Assembly (NCBI RefSeq): GCF_009914755.1
Contig: NC_060944.1
Length of the DNA: 64,000 nucleotides
From: the human T2T-CHM13v2.0 reference genome, Homo sapiens
Strand: one strand, 5' to 3'
The position numbers were made by a program, and so were the translations under genes. The notes beneath the pieces are model-generated. The model made no database searches. It saw nothing but the letters and a program-made list of their open reading frames with translations, and had not been told where the DNA came from. Of the stretch, positions 10,337 to 22,600 are shown piece after piece (the stretch's first letter is position 1; every line of letters starts with the position of its first letter).

Positions 10337-10794
10337 AAGAGTGGTTAACTTTCAAAGTTCACCTTGCCTCAGCATCCCCAGGGCTGGGTTGGGAAACCCA
10401 CCCAGACCTCAGGTTTTCTCTGGGCAGTGCCATTATCTGCAGGGTCAAGAAACTAGGCCCTACCAGAAAAGTAGGCACGGAGGAGCAGCAGGAGAAATGA
10501 AAGGAAGAAAGCCAGAAAAGTAAGTTCTAAGAACTAAGTAAGTTCACCCAGGGATGCATCAGGCAGCCTCCATGTGGACCACAGAGAGGGGATCCAAGAA
10601 CCTTGTGCACATCATCTGTTGAGAATGAGACCCTCCCCATGGCTACTCCATAGAGCCATGCAGCTGTGCCAGGATGCTCTCCCATGAGGCCTTGCACTTT
10701 GTACCGTTATACAAGGAGAAGGATGCTCACCTACTGGCCCCTTCAGCTTGACTTTCCCTCAAGCCAACTTCTGGGGTGATAGGAATCCTTAAAG

Positions 10795-10989
10795 CAGAGT
10801 TTCTCAAAGAGAGTTTCCAGGACCAACAGTGTCAGCTTCCCCTGGGAGAAGCTTGTGAAAAATGCACATTCTCAGGCCCCACCCCATACCCAGTGAATCA
10901 GGAACTCTGGAGGTGGGCCCCAGGATCTGAGTTTCCCAAGCCCTCCAGGTGAGCCTGGTTCTAGATACACAGCTGTAGAGGAACCACGA
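10795..10989. mobile_element. MER5A (hAT-Charlie MITE)
   Basis: cagagtttctcaaa...aaatgcacattctcaggcccc...gaatcag...caagccctccaggtga. Confidence 0.85.
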
Positions 10990-12567
10990 TAGCTCCTGCA
11001 GAAAACAGATTGGGTGGGGATTCCACTGTGGGGCGTTTCTTTAATCTCTTTCACATTCTACACTCTTTAGCAGAGTTTCTATATGGGAATGCATTAGGAA
11101 CATGTGAGGCAGTGATCTGGCTGATAAGGGGCACTAGGGGATTTTTTTTTGAAGTTGCTATACAGAAAAGCACATGGTTATTACTTAAATGATATGTTGT
11201 AGATCAATAAAAAATGATAAAATGTTGTAAATGATACCTTTGTTCACACTTTACGTAAGAGTGAGTAAATGTCTATGGTTCATTTCAATGGCTATGACTG
11301 TTGTCTGTGGAGGGTAGAGCTACCTCCAGCCTCACTGCCCCCAGCCCATCTCTGAGGCTCCATCATTAACATATCCAATTGCAAAAGTTTCCTACTTTCT
11401 GGTTCAGGACACTGCCCTCTGAAAATAAAGCCTCCCCACTAAAATCCTTTTATTTGATTTCTGATTTTTCCCTGACATGTGGGTCCTTTATTATCTGTTT
11501 TTTCTTTTCTCTGCCTCCAGGCAAGGACTATATTTAAGCCAATTCAAACTTCGCAAGTCTTAAAAATAACTCTCCCTTTGCTAACCCCTTCCAGGTTTGG
11601 CAGGGGCTTCCCTGGAACAGGAAATCCATCTCTTTCTACCTGCCCAACCCTCATGATTAACTTGCCCCATGATCTTTTCTTACTTTTTCAAGCTATTATG
11701 CTACAATTTGACAAGGTTTTTGGTGGTGGTGGTAGGGGAGGGTGGGGGTGGAGTCCTGCTTTTCCTTCCATTGCCAAGGATCCTGATTTTTAATGGTGAA
11801 GATTCACTTCTGTAAAGGCAAAACAGGCATTATGGCCCCTCATGAATATTCACACCTTGAATGAGTTCATCTTTATCTAATTGTTCCTAAAAGTTATCCC
11901 AGCCTTCTAGAAGTGAAAGCAACTATGACTATTTTAAAAAACGACCTTTAAATGTCATTGATAATTATCTCCAGTGTGAATTACTTCCATACTGAAAGGA
12001 GGCCTCTGAAGAGTTTTCTTTTTTTGTAGTTCTCCATGTAATGGGCTTTTGAGCACATTTGTTAGTTCTAATCTCTCATCTCCCACTGCTTCCCATCTAT
12101 CCCTAATGACCAACCCTTACCCTGACATGTTTTTCTGTCCCCGAAAACCACTGCAGTAATCAAACTCTTCATCCCCTGAAGGGGCCTCCTACAACCATGC
12201 ATCTCCCTTCATGGGACCCTTAGTAAAGATGAGTGGGAATCTTTGATCACAGAGGGATCTTTGGTAAAATCAAGTTTACTTTATTAAAAATTAAGAAAAA
12301 AAAATAGGGGCTGACAATTGGGCCCCATATTGAGGGGAGTGTGTCAACTTGCTGAGAAATGAAGCGTGCAAAATATTTGGAAGGTAAAATATCAGTAAAA
12401 GAAGGATAAGGGTCAAATGATCTTCCATTCCCACCTCCCACCCCCAGATCTGCATACCCTGCACCTGACCACCATTCATGGGTACACATGGAGACAGCAT
12501 TCTGGGAAGTCCTCGAGTGGCTCAACCCCAAGTGCTCTCTACTTTGAAACAGATGCACCAATTGGCC

Positions 12568-12779
12568 AGCCCTGATATCCAAAAGAACCTATTGTGATGG
12601 CGGAAATATTCTCTGTCCTATTGGTACAACAGCCACTTGCCAATGTGTGTACTGAGCACTTGGCATGTGGCTAGTGTGACAGAAGAACTGAATTTTGAAT
12701 TGTAGTTAATTTAACTTTAATTCACATTTACATTTAAATGGCCACATGTAGCTAGTAGCTCCCAAGTTGGACAGCACAG
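12568..12779. mobile_element. MER3 (hAT-Charlie MITE)
   Basis: ctgagcacttg...tgtggctagtgtgac..aagaactgaatttt...ggccacatgtagctagt..ttggacagcacag. Confidence 0.85.
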
Positions 12780-13665
12780 AAGTGGACAGAAGGAAGTGGA
12801 GTTGCCTGAGCAATGTCCACTCTTCCTCAGCTACCAGAAAATTCCTCTGGATAGTGGTCACAGGAGCCGATTGGCTCCCCAAAGAGGAGTTCCTTACCAG
12901 TTTTAAATCTGGAAGCTGAGGGAGGAAAAGACAATTGTTTGGCAAAGAAACAAAGATAACCGAGGCTTGAAATTTTCACTGAGGTGAAACAGAGCCTTCC
13001 TTATTAACAAACAGGCTTGGGAAAAAACAAAGCAGAGACGTAAAACAAACAAACAAAAAAAGAAGCCCTGCCTTTTTTTTTTTTAAACCCTGCTTAGGTA
13101 TGAATCCCAGAAAACTGTGAGTGTTCAAGGGCTCTCCTTGCCTAGAAAAGAGGTGGCGTCACAGTTGTCTAATTAGATGCCCAGGTTCTCAGACTAGCTG
13201 TGGTCTCCCTGCCTTCTGTTTACCGTCTACTAAGCCACACCTTACTTGGGAAGGTAGAATAAGGTGGGAATGAGCATTAGTTAATTTCTTCCTTGTTGGC
13301 CAGGTTCATGAGAGGGTCTGGTGGGGAGGCTCATGAAACATCCCAGACAAGGTCTGGAGGATCTCAGATAGCCCTGGGCCCAGTTCCACTTGGCATTGGT
13401 GCATTGGCCGTGTTTGTCTGAGAAAGCTAGTTCTGTTTTGGAATGATCCTTAGTGATGATCAACCAGCAGCCATCACTGGATGTCTGCTGAGTAACAGGC
13501 TCCATGTTTTCTGCTATGAGATTCAAAAGAAACATGATGTATTAGCAGAGAGCATAATCTATAGAGTTGGAAAGATAAAATATACTCTCTTGGAATAGAT
13601 GGTAGTAAAGGTAGTTATTCAAGTGTTAATTTCAGGTAGTTATTGAAGTAAAGAATAGGGCTGTG

Positions 13666-13702
13666 AGGGTGTGTATGAATGTGAGTGTGTGTGTGTGTGT
13701 GT
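13666..13702. repeat. (TG)n imperfect microsatellite
   Basis: directly visible. Confidence 0.85.
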
Positions 13703-13920
13703 CCACGTGCATGCACATTTAGTTAACATGTTGGGGGCAGTTGGTGGGACAGAACCTAGAGGGATGTTGGCTTCTTTTAACCTTAGAAACATCATGGCTG
13801 GATGGCTGGTGTCGCTACTGAAGACAGGCCAGTAATTGGAAATGAGTAACACTGGCACTTTAAGACGGGCAAAGTACAGCCAGAGAGAACATGGGGCAGA
13901 CAGAGTTAAAAGCAGCAAAC

Positions 13921-14288
13921 CAAGATCCCAAGACTGCCCTGGGACCCTCGTGCCCCTACTGGCCTGGTCAGTTCCATTTTACTCCCCTTGATGGTGGTGT
14001 CACTTCATGGTCCTCCTCAGCACATGCTGTCGGCCCTGCATCTCCACCAGCAGCACTGACCAGCTTGGCTTGGCTTCAGAGTCTGGTGTGTGCCCTCTAT
14101 TCATACTGTTGGCTGGCACCTCCAGCAGCAGGCCACTGCATTCAACTGAGGTCTGGGCCTTGCTTCTCCTTCCTGCATGCTCAGGGGGCACCACCCCCAT
14201 TCCATCTGCAGTCTCTGGTACATCTGCTTCACCTCTCTCCCTGGGGCAGGCAGCCATGACAACCATTGGCCCCAATACCCAGCAGTGT
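13921..14288 (+). pseudogene. candidate decayed 7TM segment (TM2-TM4-ECL2), ADGRA-like
   Basis: ORF 13891-14259 contains GGVT, AVG, LTSLAWL, LY, WLAPP and AQGAP in the order and near the spacing of ADGRA2 as I recall it. Confidence 0.35.
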
Positions 14289-15161
14289 AGCCAAATGACG
14301 CATTATTTAGACAAGCATTTAACAAACATTACATCTATTCTGAAACAAAAATGGGGTCCGTGGTATCTCAGCATCCGGGAGAATTTTCCAGTTCTGACAT
14401 ATCAAAAGGACACAGGAGCCAGCTTGAAGAAGATCCCACTGACCAAAGCTGGGACAATTTGAACATCAAAATAAATAATGACAATAACAGGTTATAATCC
14501 ATAGAGTAAAATAAGAATCTGTGGGTCCACATGTGAATGAATGAATGAACAAGATGAGAAAATGTCTTCCTTTGAGCAGAAGACATGATGGAATTAGAAA
14601 AATTACCATTTGACAATCATCATCATCATAATTGTTTCAAGCAAAAATTCTAAACTAACACTAAAACTAGTGGATAAATGCTTGATAAATAGGATGTTTA
14701 CATAGTTTCAAACTATATCCCCTTAAGATACTTATAAATTGTAAAGGAAAAAGTAGTAACTTTGCAGTGGAGGAACCTGGCCGCCTCCCCTAACCAAGTG
14801 CTTGCAGTTAGCGTCACCAGTGAAGGCACCTGCATTCTGCCTCCTGATGAAGGGCAGCACAGTGTCCTGTCAAAAATGCAGAGCCTGACTATAATTTTGA
14901 GAAATCATCAGGCAAACCCAAACTGAGGGGCATTCTACAAAATAACTGGTCTGTAGTCTTCCAAAATGTCAAGGGCATGAAAGACAAAGCAAGATGGAGG
15001 AACTGTCCCAGATTAGGGGAGACAAAGGAGATAGGATGGTTAAGTGCAATGGGGGACTTTTGTTGAATCCTGGACCACAATTTTTTTTACTTTTCTTGTA
15101 AAGACATTAATGATAATGAATAATATGAATAAAGTCTAACATAGATTAGATAATAGTAGTG

Positions 15162-15341
15162 TTATCCTTGTGAATTTCCATTTTTTTATAATTTCACAGT
15201 GATTATGAAATAGAATGTCCTGTTCTGAGAAAATACACTAAAATACTTAGGTATCCTTGTGAATTTCCATTTTTTGATAATTTCACAGTGATTATGAAAT
15301 AGAATGTCCTTGTTCTTAGGAAATACGCTAAAATACTTAGG
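15162..15341 (+). repeat. 90-bp tandem duplication inside L1
   Basis: two units starting tatccttgtgaatttcc at 15162 and 15252. Confidence 0.95.
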
Positions 15342-15419
15342 TATACAGGGGCACAATACCTGTATTGGGGCCTCAAAGGAACTGTCCAGAATGATGGAAA
15401 TGCTCTGTGTCTTTTTAAA

Positions 15420-15548
15420 ATTTTTTTTTGTAGAGTTGAGAGTTTCACTATGTTACAAAAACTGGTCTCTAACTTCTGGGCTCAAGCAATCCTCCCACTT
15501 CGGCCTCTCAAAGTGCTGAGGTTACAAGCGTGAGCCACTGCACCCAAC
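15420..15548 (-). mobile_element. FLAM / free left Alu monomer
   Basis: single monomer with ctgggctcaagcaatcctccc; TSD-like gaaatgctctgtgtctt / gaaatgttctgtatctt. Confidence 0.85.
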
Positions 15549-16607
15549 TGAAATGTTCTGTATCTTGACTGGGATGTGGGTTACAAGGGGATTCACATTT
15601 GTTAAAACTCATTAAACTGTGCTGGAAATCTAAGCTTTTTCCCATGTATAAATTGTGCCTCAATGAAAAGTTAAATTAAAGCAAATTAAATTCTTAAAAA
15701 AAAAGATAATTCCAAAATCGCTGGGTGCAAAGCCATGGAAGTGGTTGTAAATCTGTCCACAGTGGCTACTTTGAAATTCCAGAGTATCCCTGATCTAAGC
15801 ATATTAATTGTTTTTTTGATGATTCACTACTTTCTGCTCACACATCATTTCCTTCATAGCATTTCGCATCATGTGGAACATAAATGTTTGTCTGTTGTTT
15901 GATAAGTGATGTCATTGACTGTATAATACATTTCATCTTATTTGAGACCTGACAGACTGGAATGACATTCGTGTTTTCAGGGAGAAGCAGATGACCCAGG
16001 TCAGAACTTTCAGGCACCCACAGCCTCTATGGGAACATTTCCCACCCTAAGAAATGTGCCTGCCATCTAATGCATGAAAGTGGCAAGCCTCATGGTCCTA
16101 TGGCTTGAAGCCAGACAGTCCGTGGATTGGAGTATCCATTTAATGGACACCAGCTGGCTCCCTGCCTTGTTTTGAAAAGGTTGGAGAATGTATTTCTTGC
16201 TTTTTAAATCATGCTCCTGTGCCAGGAAGCTTCTAAACACTGTAATCCCTCTGCCTCCAAATCAGGTAGAGTAAAAATTTCCTGCCAACCTATCCCAGCA
16301 GGAGAAATAGGAGGTTTGAGCACATTGTCAGGTCTTTCAACTGAGGACTAGAGTTCAGGCCAAGGAAACAGGTTGAAGACTTCATCATGGGAGTTCTCAC
16401 AGTATTGTGGCTCTGGTTGCTCAAGGAAAGAAACACAACTCTCTGGTTAGACCGGCTCTGGGCTGTCAGCAGCCTGGTGGGTCCCGGTGGTGGTTCTCAT
16501 CCTTTAGTGTAATATTTTGATCCTCATTGGAAGATGATGAAATGGAGGATCAGAGATTTTAACTCACTAGAACCTGAGCTTTCTTTTCTCTTTTCCAGGG
16601 CTCTTGC

Positions 16608-16900
16608 CTGTCTTGGTGTGGGTCTTCCCAGAAGCAGCTCCTGAGCAAGGATTTGGGTGCAGTGCATCCCTCTGGGAGGTGAATGAGGACAGGAGCTCTG
16701 GGGGCAACTGGGCTGAAGTTTGTCCTCCATGGGATTCTGGAAAGCAGTGTAGAACAGGCACCTCAGCATTTCCTCCCCAATAGGGGAGGGAGCAGGGTAC
16801 ATATAGGCCAACTGGGAGGTAGGGGAGGATGCTAATTCCAGGCACTTCTGTCCATCACTCATTTCAGCAAAGAGATACTAATGTCTGTGTGTGAGAGTGG
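16608..16900 (-). mobile_element. ERVL LTR16/33-like LTR fragment
   Basis: tgtcttggtgtgggtcttcccagaagcag..ctgagcaaggatttgggtgca is the reverse of the LTR16 3' end. Confidence 0.65.
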
Positions 16901-17559
16901 AGAGGGCAGGCCCTGGGAGGGTAAAGGCCCAGGAGGTCTGGGGATCACCGAGCAGAGTCTGCTCTGCCACTGTTTAGGTGTAGGCCCTGTGGTGTGGAAC
17001 AGCTGGGAGCACTGAGAAGGAAATGAGCAAAGCATTATGGACAAGACCCCAAGCCTGGCCTTGGACTAGGATCACACTGCCTGGGAACCAGTGGCTGGGA
17101 ATACGCAGTTAGTTTTCTAGCTAGTTCCTGAAAAAGGGATTTGGGTCCCCCAGGTTCCTACCATTGGTAATAAACCCCACCACCCCCTACATACAGGGAC
17201 AAAATCCCCACACTCTCCATATGGCGGAAAGCTTTTGGCTGTCCATGTTTTTTAGTGGTATATTTCCCTACCTTTTTTGGGGTGGGACCCCAGACCCAGT
17301 TCTAATCTCATATCTGGACCACCTGGCCATGTGAAGCTGAGGAAAGTCCTTAGACTCCCTGTATTCTGCAGCGTACAGGTCTATTCAAACCTACCCCAGA
17401 GTCTGAGGAAGCTGATAAGCTATGTAAAAAGGCTGGCATACGGATATGGATCCATATCTCAGGTGGGTATGCCAGCCTTTTCTTCAGCCCATCAGCTTCC
17501 TCAGACTTCTCTGTGGAAGTCATGTCTGTGTCTCAGGCAGCAGTGAGGCAAGATGGTAA

Positions 17560-17787
17560 ATCCCTATGCCATCATCCCCAGACCAGACCCAGGGCTTCTA
17601 TATCATAGAGAAAAAGTATACATGCCTTGGAAGGGATGTGTAGGACAATTGCTTAAGGGCAGGATTTATGGTAAGGACATGCTCTTACACAAGGAACAGT
17701 AAATAAACTGGAAACCTTAGAACTGTGGTTGCTCAGAAGTCAACATGGTGGATTTTCATCCAAGATGGAGTTGCTTTAGCTTCCATA
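17560..17787 (-). mobile_element. ERV LTR fragment
   Basis: cccagggcttctata...agtcaacatgg...catccaagatggagttgct. Confidence 0.5.
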
Positions 17788-18242
17788 CCTTTTGTCCAGA
17801 ATTCCTCATGTGCTATATCTGTATTTGTTTGGAATCTTCTAACTCAGGGAAAGAAGCAGAAGTTGAGGGAAGGCAGGAATGAATATAAAGAGACCATAAA
17901 GGAATCATTTCAAGACAAGTGAAGCCTCATGAGGTACACAAGAAAGACAGGAACATCCACAGCTCACTGATGCTCTCACTTAGCATCCGGCTCAGCCACA
18001 CCCACTTTCTGAGGGTAAGGGATGCTCTTGCAGGACAAAGAGCAAATTGAAAAACAGGAGAAAATGGTTCATGCGGGAATAAAGGCTGTGACCTTGACCT
18101 TATTAGCACTATCTGGGAGCAGGCTCAGTGTGTCGTTCAATTGCTTCCTATGAAAATGGTGAAACAGAAAAAGGAACAAATCAACAAACAGACTAATCAA
18201 ACCTTGGAGAAGCTTCCTATGTGTTTACTAAGAATCAAATCC

Positions 18243-18810
18243 TGCTGGAGTGAGAAAACTGGGATTCCTTTGGCCAAGCCCTGCTGGTCACCTTAGTTAT
18301 GAAGAGTGATGGAGCGGGAGGAAAGGGTCCCCAGGGAAAAACAGAAAACACAGGAAAATGCCCGGCTTTCCCTCCCCGAGCTCAGCACCACTGAGCAAAG
18401 GACACCGGTACAACCAGCACATTTCATCCTTCTCTGTGGCGGCCAGAATTACAGATTTAATCAGGTGGCATCAGAAGGCAAATATATGGACCTGTCTAAT
18501 GGAAAGTTCTTCTGATCCACAGTTTCCTGTGGTGGCCCCAGGGCTGGATGGGACCAAAAGTGAAATGAATTGCACAGAAAGACTCATGCCTAACTTAGTT
18601 ACCAAAAGAGAAATAAAGAAAGAAAGAAATTCTTTAGTTTTGTGATTTTTTTTTTTTGGCCCATTTTTATTAAGGAGAGATCCTGGCAATGTCCTCTGTC
18701 CAGGGGCTTGCAGGTGGGATCCTGTGCCTGTCTCACTTTGTCTATTCACACCGAAGCTTTTAGGTCTGGTTTTTGTTTGTTGCTGGTGTTTAGTTCCTGA
18801 GAGATGATCC
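18243..18810 (+). pseudogene. candidate decayed 7TM segment (ECL2 CW-TM5-ICL3-TM7), ADGRA-like
   Basis: CW; FGQALLVTLV; TQENARLSLPE...PAH; RWDPVPVSLCLF..LGLVFVCCWC, spread over shifting frames. Confidence 0.25.
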
Positions 18811-20169
18811 GATTTCTGCAACCTAAATTTTCCTTCAGCAGACCCCAGGGGAAATCAAGGCCTCTCTCGGAGGCCCTTCCTTGTCCTGCCCAGGTCCAGC
18901 CCCATGGTCACCTCCTCTGCAAAGGCAGAGCCTTGGAATGGTCTGACGTCAGGGTGGGAAGTTCTTATGGTCAGGGAGACCTGGTGGAACATTCGAGAAC
19001 CCTTTTCTCTACCTTTTGGAGGTCAGAGCAGCCCACATGCTGCCTGAGCACTCAGCAGGCAGATCCTTGCCATCTCCATGCCTTTTTCAAGGATGTTTTT
19101 GTCTGGGATGATTCCTAACTCTTGAGGGACACTGAGCCCATGGAGGATCTAATTATAGTGGCTATAGATTTTGCCACTATATATATAGATTTATATATTC
19201 TGACTTAGATTTTGCACATATTTTGAGGACAGTCTAGCCCACCCTATAGATTCTTAGTTCCTGGATCCTAAGTTACGGAGATTTTGTCCAGACTGATGTA
19301 GGTGAGGGGAGAAATTTAGTGGAGGAGGAGCTTCAGCTGCTGCTATCCATCATTTTCCTGGAGTGGGTGGGCTTCTGAATTTGGAGGCATCTACTAAGAC
19401 CATGACATGTTTTTAAGCCAAAACGAAATGAAGCTGAGATCAGCGGTGGGAGCAGGGTGGGCAGGGAGGAGTGTGTGTCTATCTACGAACCCTAGATCCC
19501 TGGTAGGTTAATCACAGCTTCTTTCAGGTTTTCCTTGAATGGGTTGAATAACTGGATGAAGGATTCCTTATCCAAGTAGTTGTCACTTGGCCACTAATGT
19601 CCATTTTTCACAGCATCATTTTGTAATGTAGCATAGGTACTTGAATGCCAAATGCCTTTGCTTGAGATCCGGTAAAGAAAGAGCCTCAGATCGGGGAAGC
19701 ATAGAGGAATGGTTTATCCTGTGGTCTAAGGGCAAAGCAAGGAATTTCCATCATGTTTCAAAAATGGGAAAGTTTCCCAGTTCCTCTGCTTACCTGACCC
19801 TTAGATATAACTCAAATATCACCACCATCTCAGTGACAGGGTGGGCCGTCACTCCTCCACATGCTCAAGTTGCCATTTCTTTCTGGTCTTGCATGAGTAA
19901 CCATAACCCTGTTAAAATGACAAATGTTTTCCCTGAGCTGGGACACCGGTGAAGCAGGCTGGATTTGTGCCCCTGAAAATTAGGCAGCCTGCCCGCTAAG
20001 TGCTCAGATGAGCAGAATACTGACTGTTGAATGAGCCTCCCCTTTGCTGCTCAATTATAAGACATGGGGAGACTAAGCCTGCACACCTTTTCTATCTCTC
20101 CTGGAGTTCTGGGCACTGGTGGGCTCCCACCCTTCCCTGTGAGTTTATGGTTTAACAGCCCTTTGTAAT

Positions 20170-20345
20170 ATGCACTGTCCTTTCACAGCATTACCTGACT
20201 TGATTCTCACCCCAAGCCTGTGGGGTAGGCATGAAGGCACTCTTTTCTCAATGTGAAGCTCAGGTATGGGTCAGAGAAGTTAAAGGATATGTCTGAATCA
20301 CAGCTCTGATCAGCAGCAGAACATGGATTCATAGGCTCTCATGGC
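20170..20345 (-). mobile_element. MIR
   Basis: tgattctcac...cctgtggggtagg...tcagagaagttaa...tcacagct. Confidence 0.7.
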
Positions 20346-20374
20346 CCTGATCATATTCTTCACCCATTCTTATC

Positions 20375-20765
20375 AGGGCATCTGCATTCTTTTGTCAAAG
20401 GCCTCTCTCTGGCCTCCTAAGTGTAGCTTGCCAGCCTTTATGGTAGACCAGAAGTCAGAGGAATGAATGCTTTCTGGAGCCACCCATAGCTGATGATGGG
20501 AGTTGGTGTATAAATACCCCAGCTCCCTTACCCCTTGGGCAAGGTAACACTGAGTCTGTGTTTTTATTTTTCCCAGAGTTTCTGCTAGTAGGAAGCCCCA
20601 GGTACACCCAGGGATAACTGATGCAACCACTCATGCCTCATTGGCTGGTGTCTCTTCCCAGTATCACCTCCTCACTCCCCAGCTGGCCCTGCTTCACCTC
20701 ACAGATCAATCACCTGTACTGAAATCCTTGCCTCAGGGTTTGCTTCTGGAAGAACCTACACTATA
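20375..20765 (+). mobile_element. ERVL LTR16-like solo LTR
   Basis: gttggtgtataaataccccagctccct...aaatccttgcctcagggtttgcttctgg. Confidence 0.75.
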
Positions 20766-22019
20766 CCCCAGATTCCTGGGCACCAAATCCTGGCTTTTCT
20801 CATCTTCTCTCTGGGCGTAAAAGTTCGCCAGGCTCCTTAGGGAGAAGGCAGGCTATGTCCCGATGCTCAGAACACCCTGTCTCAATGCTGTGGTGCATAG
20901 AGTGTAGTTAAAGTTGATGGTTTTTATTTCTTTCTTTTACTCTGGGAGAAAGAAAACTCACTGGCCCTCCCTTATACACTCCATCATGAACCGCACGGAT
21001 CAGCACTGTGTTTCTTATCATAAAGAGAACTTGGCTGAAATGGAGGCGGGGCAGGCAGAGACCCAGGAGGAAACCCCAGTGTCAGAGCTGCTGGCCTGGG
21101 AAGACAGATTTGTCCCAGATAGGTTAAAGCGTTCATGGAGTGACTGCATTTCTTCTGCACATTGCCTTATGTTATGTGAGAGGAGGAAGTGCCATATCAA
21201 ACTCCATGACAGATGTTGTAAATCTTGGGAAGTGTGCTGCGGCCATCTCTGCACTGTGGCTTGCAAATGAAGCCATCTGTCAAACCAGGGGCCAGGCGCC
21301 CAGCCCTCACTCACCTGGGCTGTGCCTCTGGCCAATGGCTGAGGTGACCTCCCCAGGCATCCATAGTGGAGTATGTTTCTACTTTATTGAACAGCCTTGA
21401 AAATCAGAGAAGCTGAGGAAACCATGTCAAAATTTCCTGAGAAATTTCTCTCCTGCACTTGGTAAAGGTGAACTAGAATTTGCCATGTGAGTGAGGAGGA
21501 CTTTTTTTAATGAGGCAAGAGCTCCACAATTCCCACAGCTGCTCAGAAAGTTCTCTTGCGTGTCTTGAGAGAGACTGAAATAAAGGGAAGTCGAGGACAG
21601 CCTGGCTTTGTTCTTTGAAACTACTTATCAAAGTAAGATCATCCTAACCCAATATGAGAAGTATATGTGCAACTGTGTGAGTGTGTGTTTGTGTGTGGGG
21701 GTACACACTGAAAGAAAATAAATAAGGATGAAGGAAAGAGGAAAACAGAACTGTTTCATGGAATACATTGTGTACCCCAATTAATGCTTCCTATACTTTT
21801 ATTATTTTGTTTGTAATTTTATTTATTATTAATGAAACTGCCAACTTGGGAATAACGTTTTAGGTGCTAGGCGCCACATTCAATAAGAACCCAAAGAGTG
21901 AAAGGACAAATGGAGGGCTATCAGTGTTCAAGATGGCTTCCTGCTGGTTGTCCTGGTGAAGAACAGTAACATAAAGGGTAAGAGAAGGATTAATGGAAAC
22001 TATTGAACAAAGTGAGGCT

Positions 22020-22600
22020 TCCGAGTCATCTCCAGATTGCCTTGTGCGCTGCTGTATCTGTACCGTAGCGTGGATAATCGTGGCAGGCTATCGTTCTAGC
22101 CCTGCTGCGAGACAGATTCCAATTCATTATTTCATTCCCCAGCATGAGCCAGCCAAGGGAAAAGGATATTCCCAGAACCAGAGTGTTCCAAGTTTTCTGA
22201 AAGGTCATTGCCACTTTTTTTTTTTTTTGGTAGCTCCCAGCAAAGCAGAAACACTTGGAAGTCAACCCTGTCCCTTTAACACTGCTGTGAGCTGACTCCA
22301 TTTGTCTGAGATAAAACTTCCCTCTTGATCCAGTAGCGTTCACGGCTGAGTTGGCCACGAGACAGAGGACCCTGTGTTCCTAATTATTTCTGGATGAAAA
22401 GTCCTGCAGGCGAGTGGAGATTCGGGGCAAAGACGGCCAGGTGGAGCCGTCACCAGCGAGCAGTGGATTGTAGAAATGGAGAGATAATTAAATTAAAAGT
22501 GCCAGGTGCAGGCATTGAAAAATAACCCTGGGTGTTAATTATGCAGTTCAGTGTTAGCAGAGGAAATGCCACCGGCCTGTCCATCACGTGGCAGTTGAAA
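22020..22600. promoter_or_regulatory. candidate conserved non-coding element / enhancer
   Basis: no recognisable repeat; 17 CpGs in ~570 bp; TAATTA cores and a CACGTG E-box. Confidence 0.35.

Larger units (their letters stand above)
14340..15705 (+). mobile_element. L1MC/MD 3' UTR
   Basis: ggagccagcttgaag...ctgggacaatttgaacatcaaaataaat...cattctacaaaataactgg...ttgtgcctcaatgaaa plus A tail. Confidence 0.85.

Noticed and set aside
11490-11720. Strong acceptor at 11520 with an open frame
   Set aside because: No recognisable protein similarity or good donor; such acceptors are common in introns.
10572-13510. Other GPS-like words (WTTE..CSC at 10.6 kb, AFW....W at 12.5 kb, LFW at 13.43 kb)
   Set aside because: Wrong spacing or multiple stops; expected by chance.
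17808-17850. TM7-like YLFGIF-NS-G (and another compressed TM7-like reading at 18470-18525)
   Set aside because: Needs several indels and competes with the 18.7-kb placement; treated as chance.
22020-22600. CpG island / promoter
   Set aside because: GC content and CpG density are too low for an island; kept only as an enhancer candidate.
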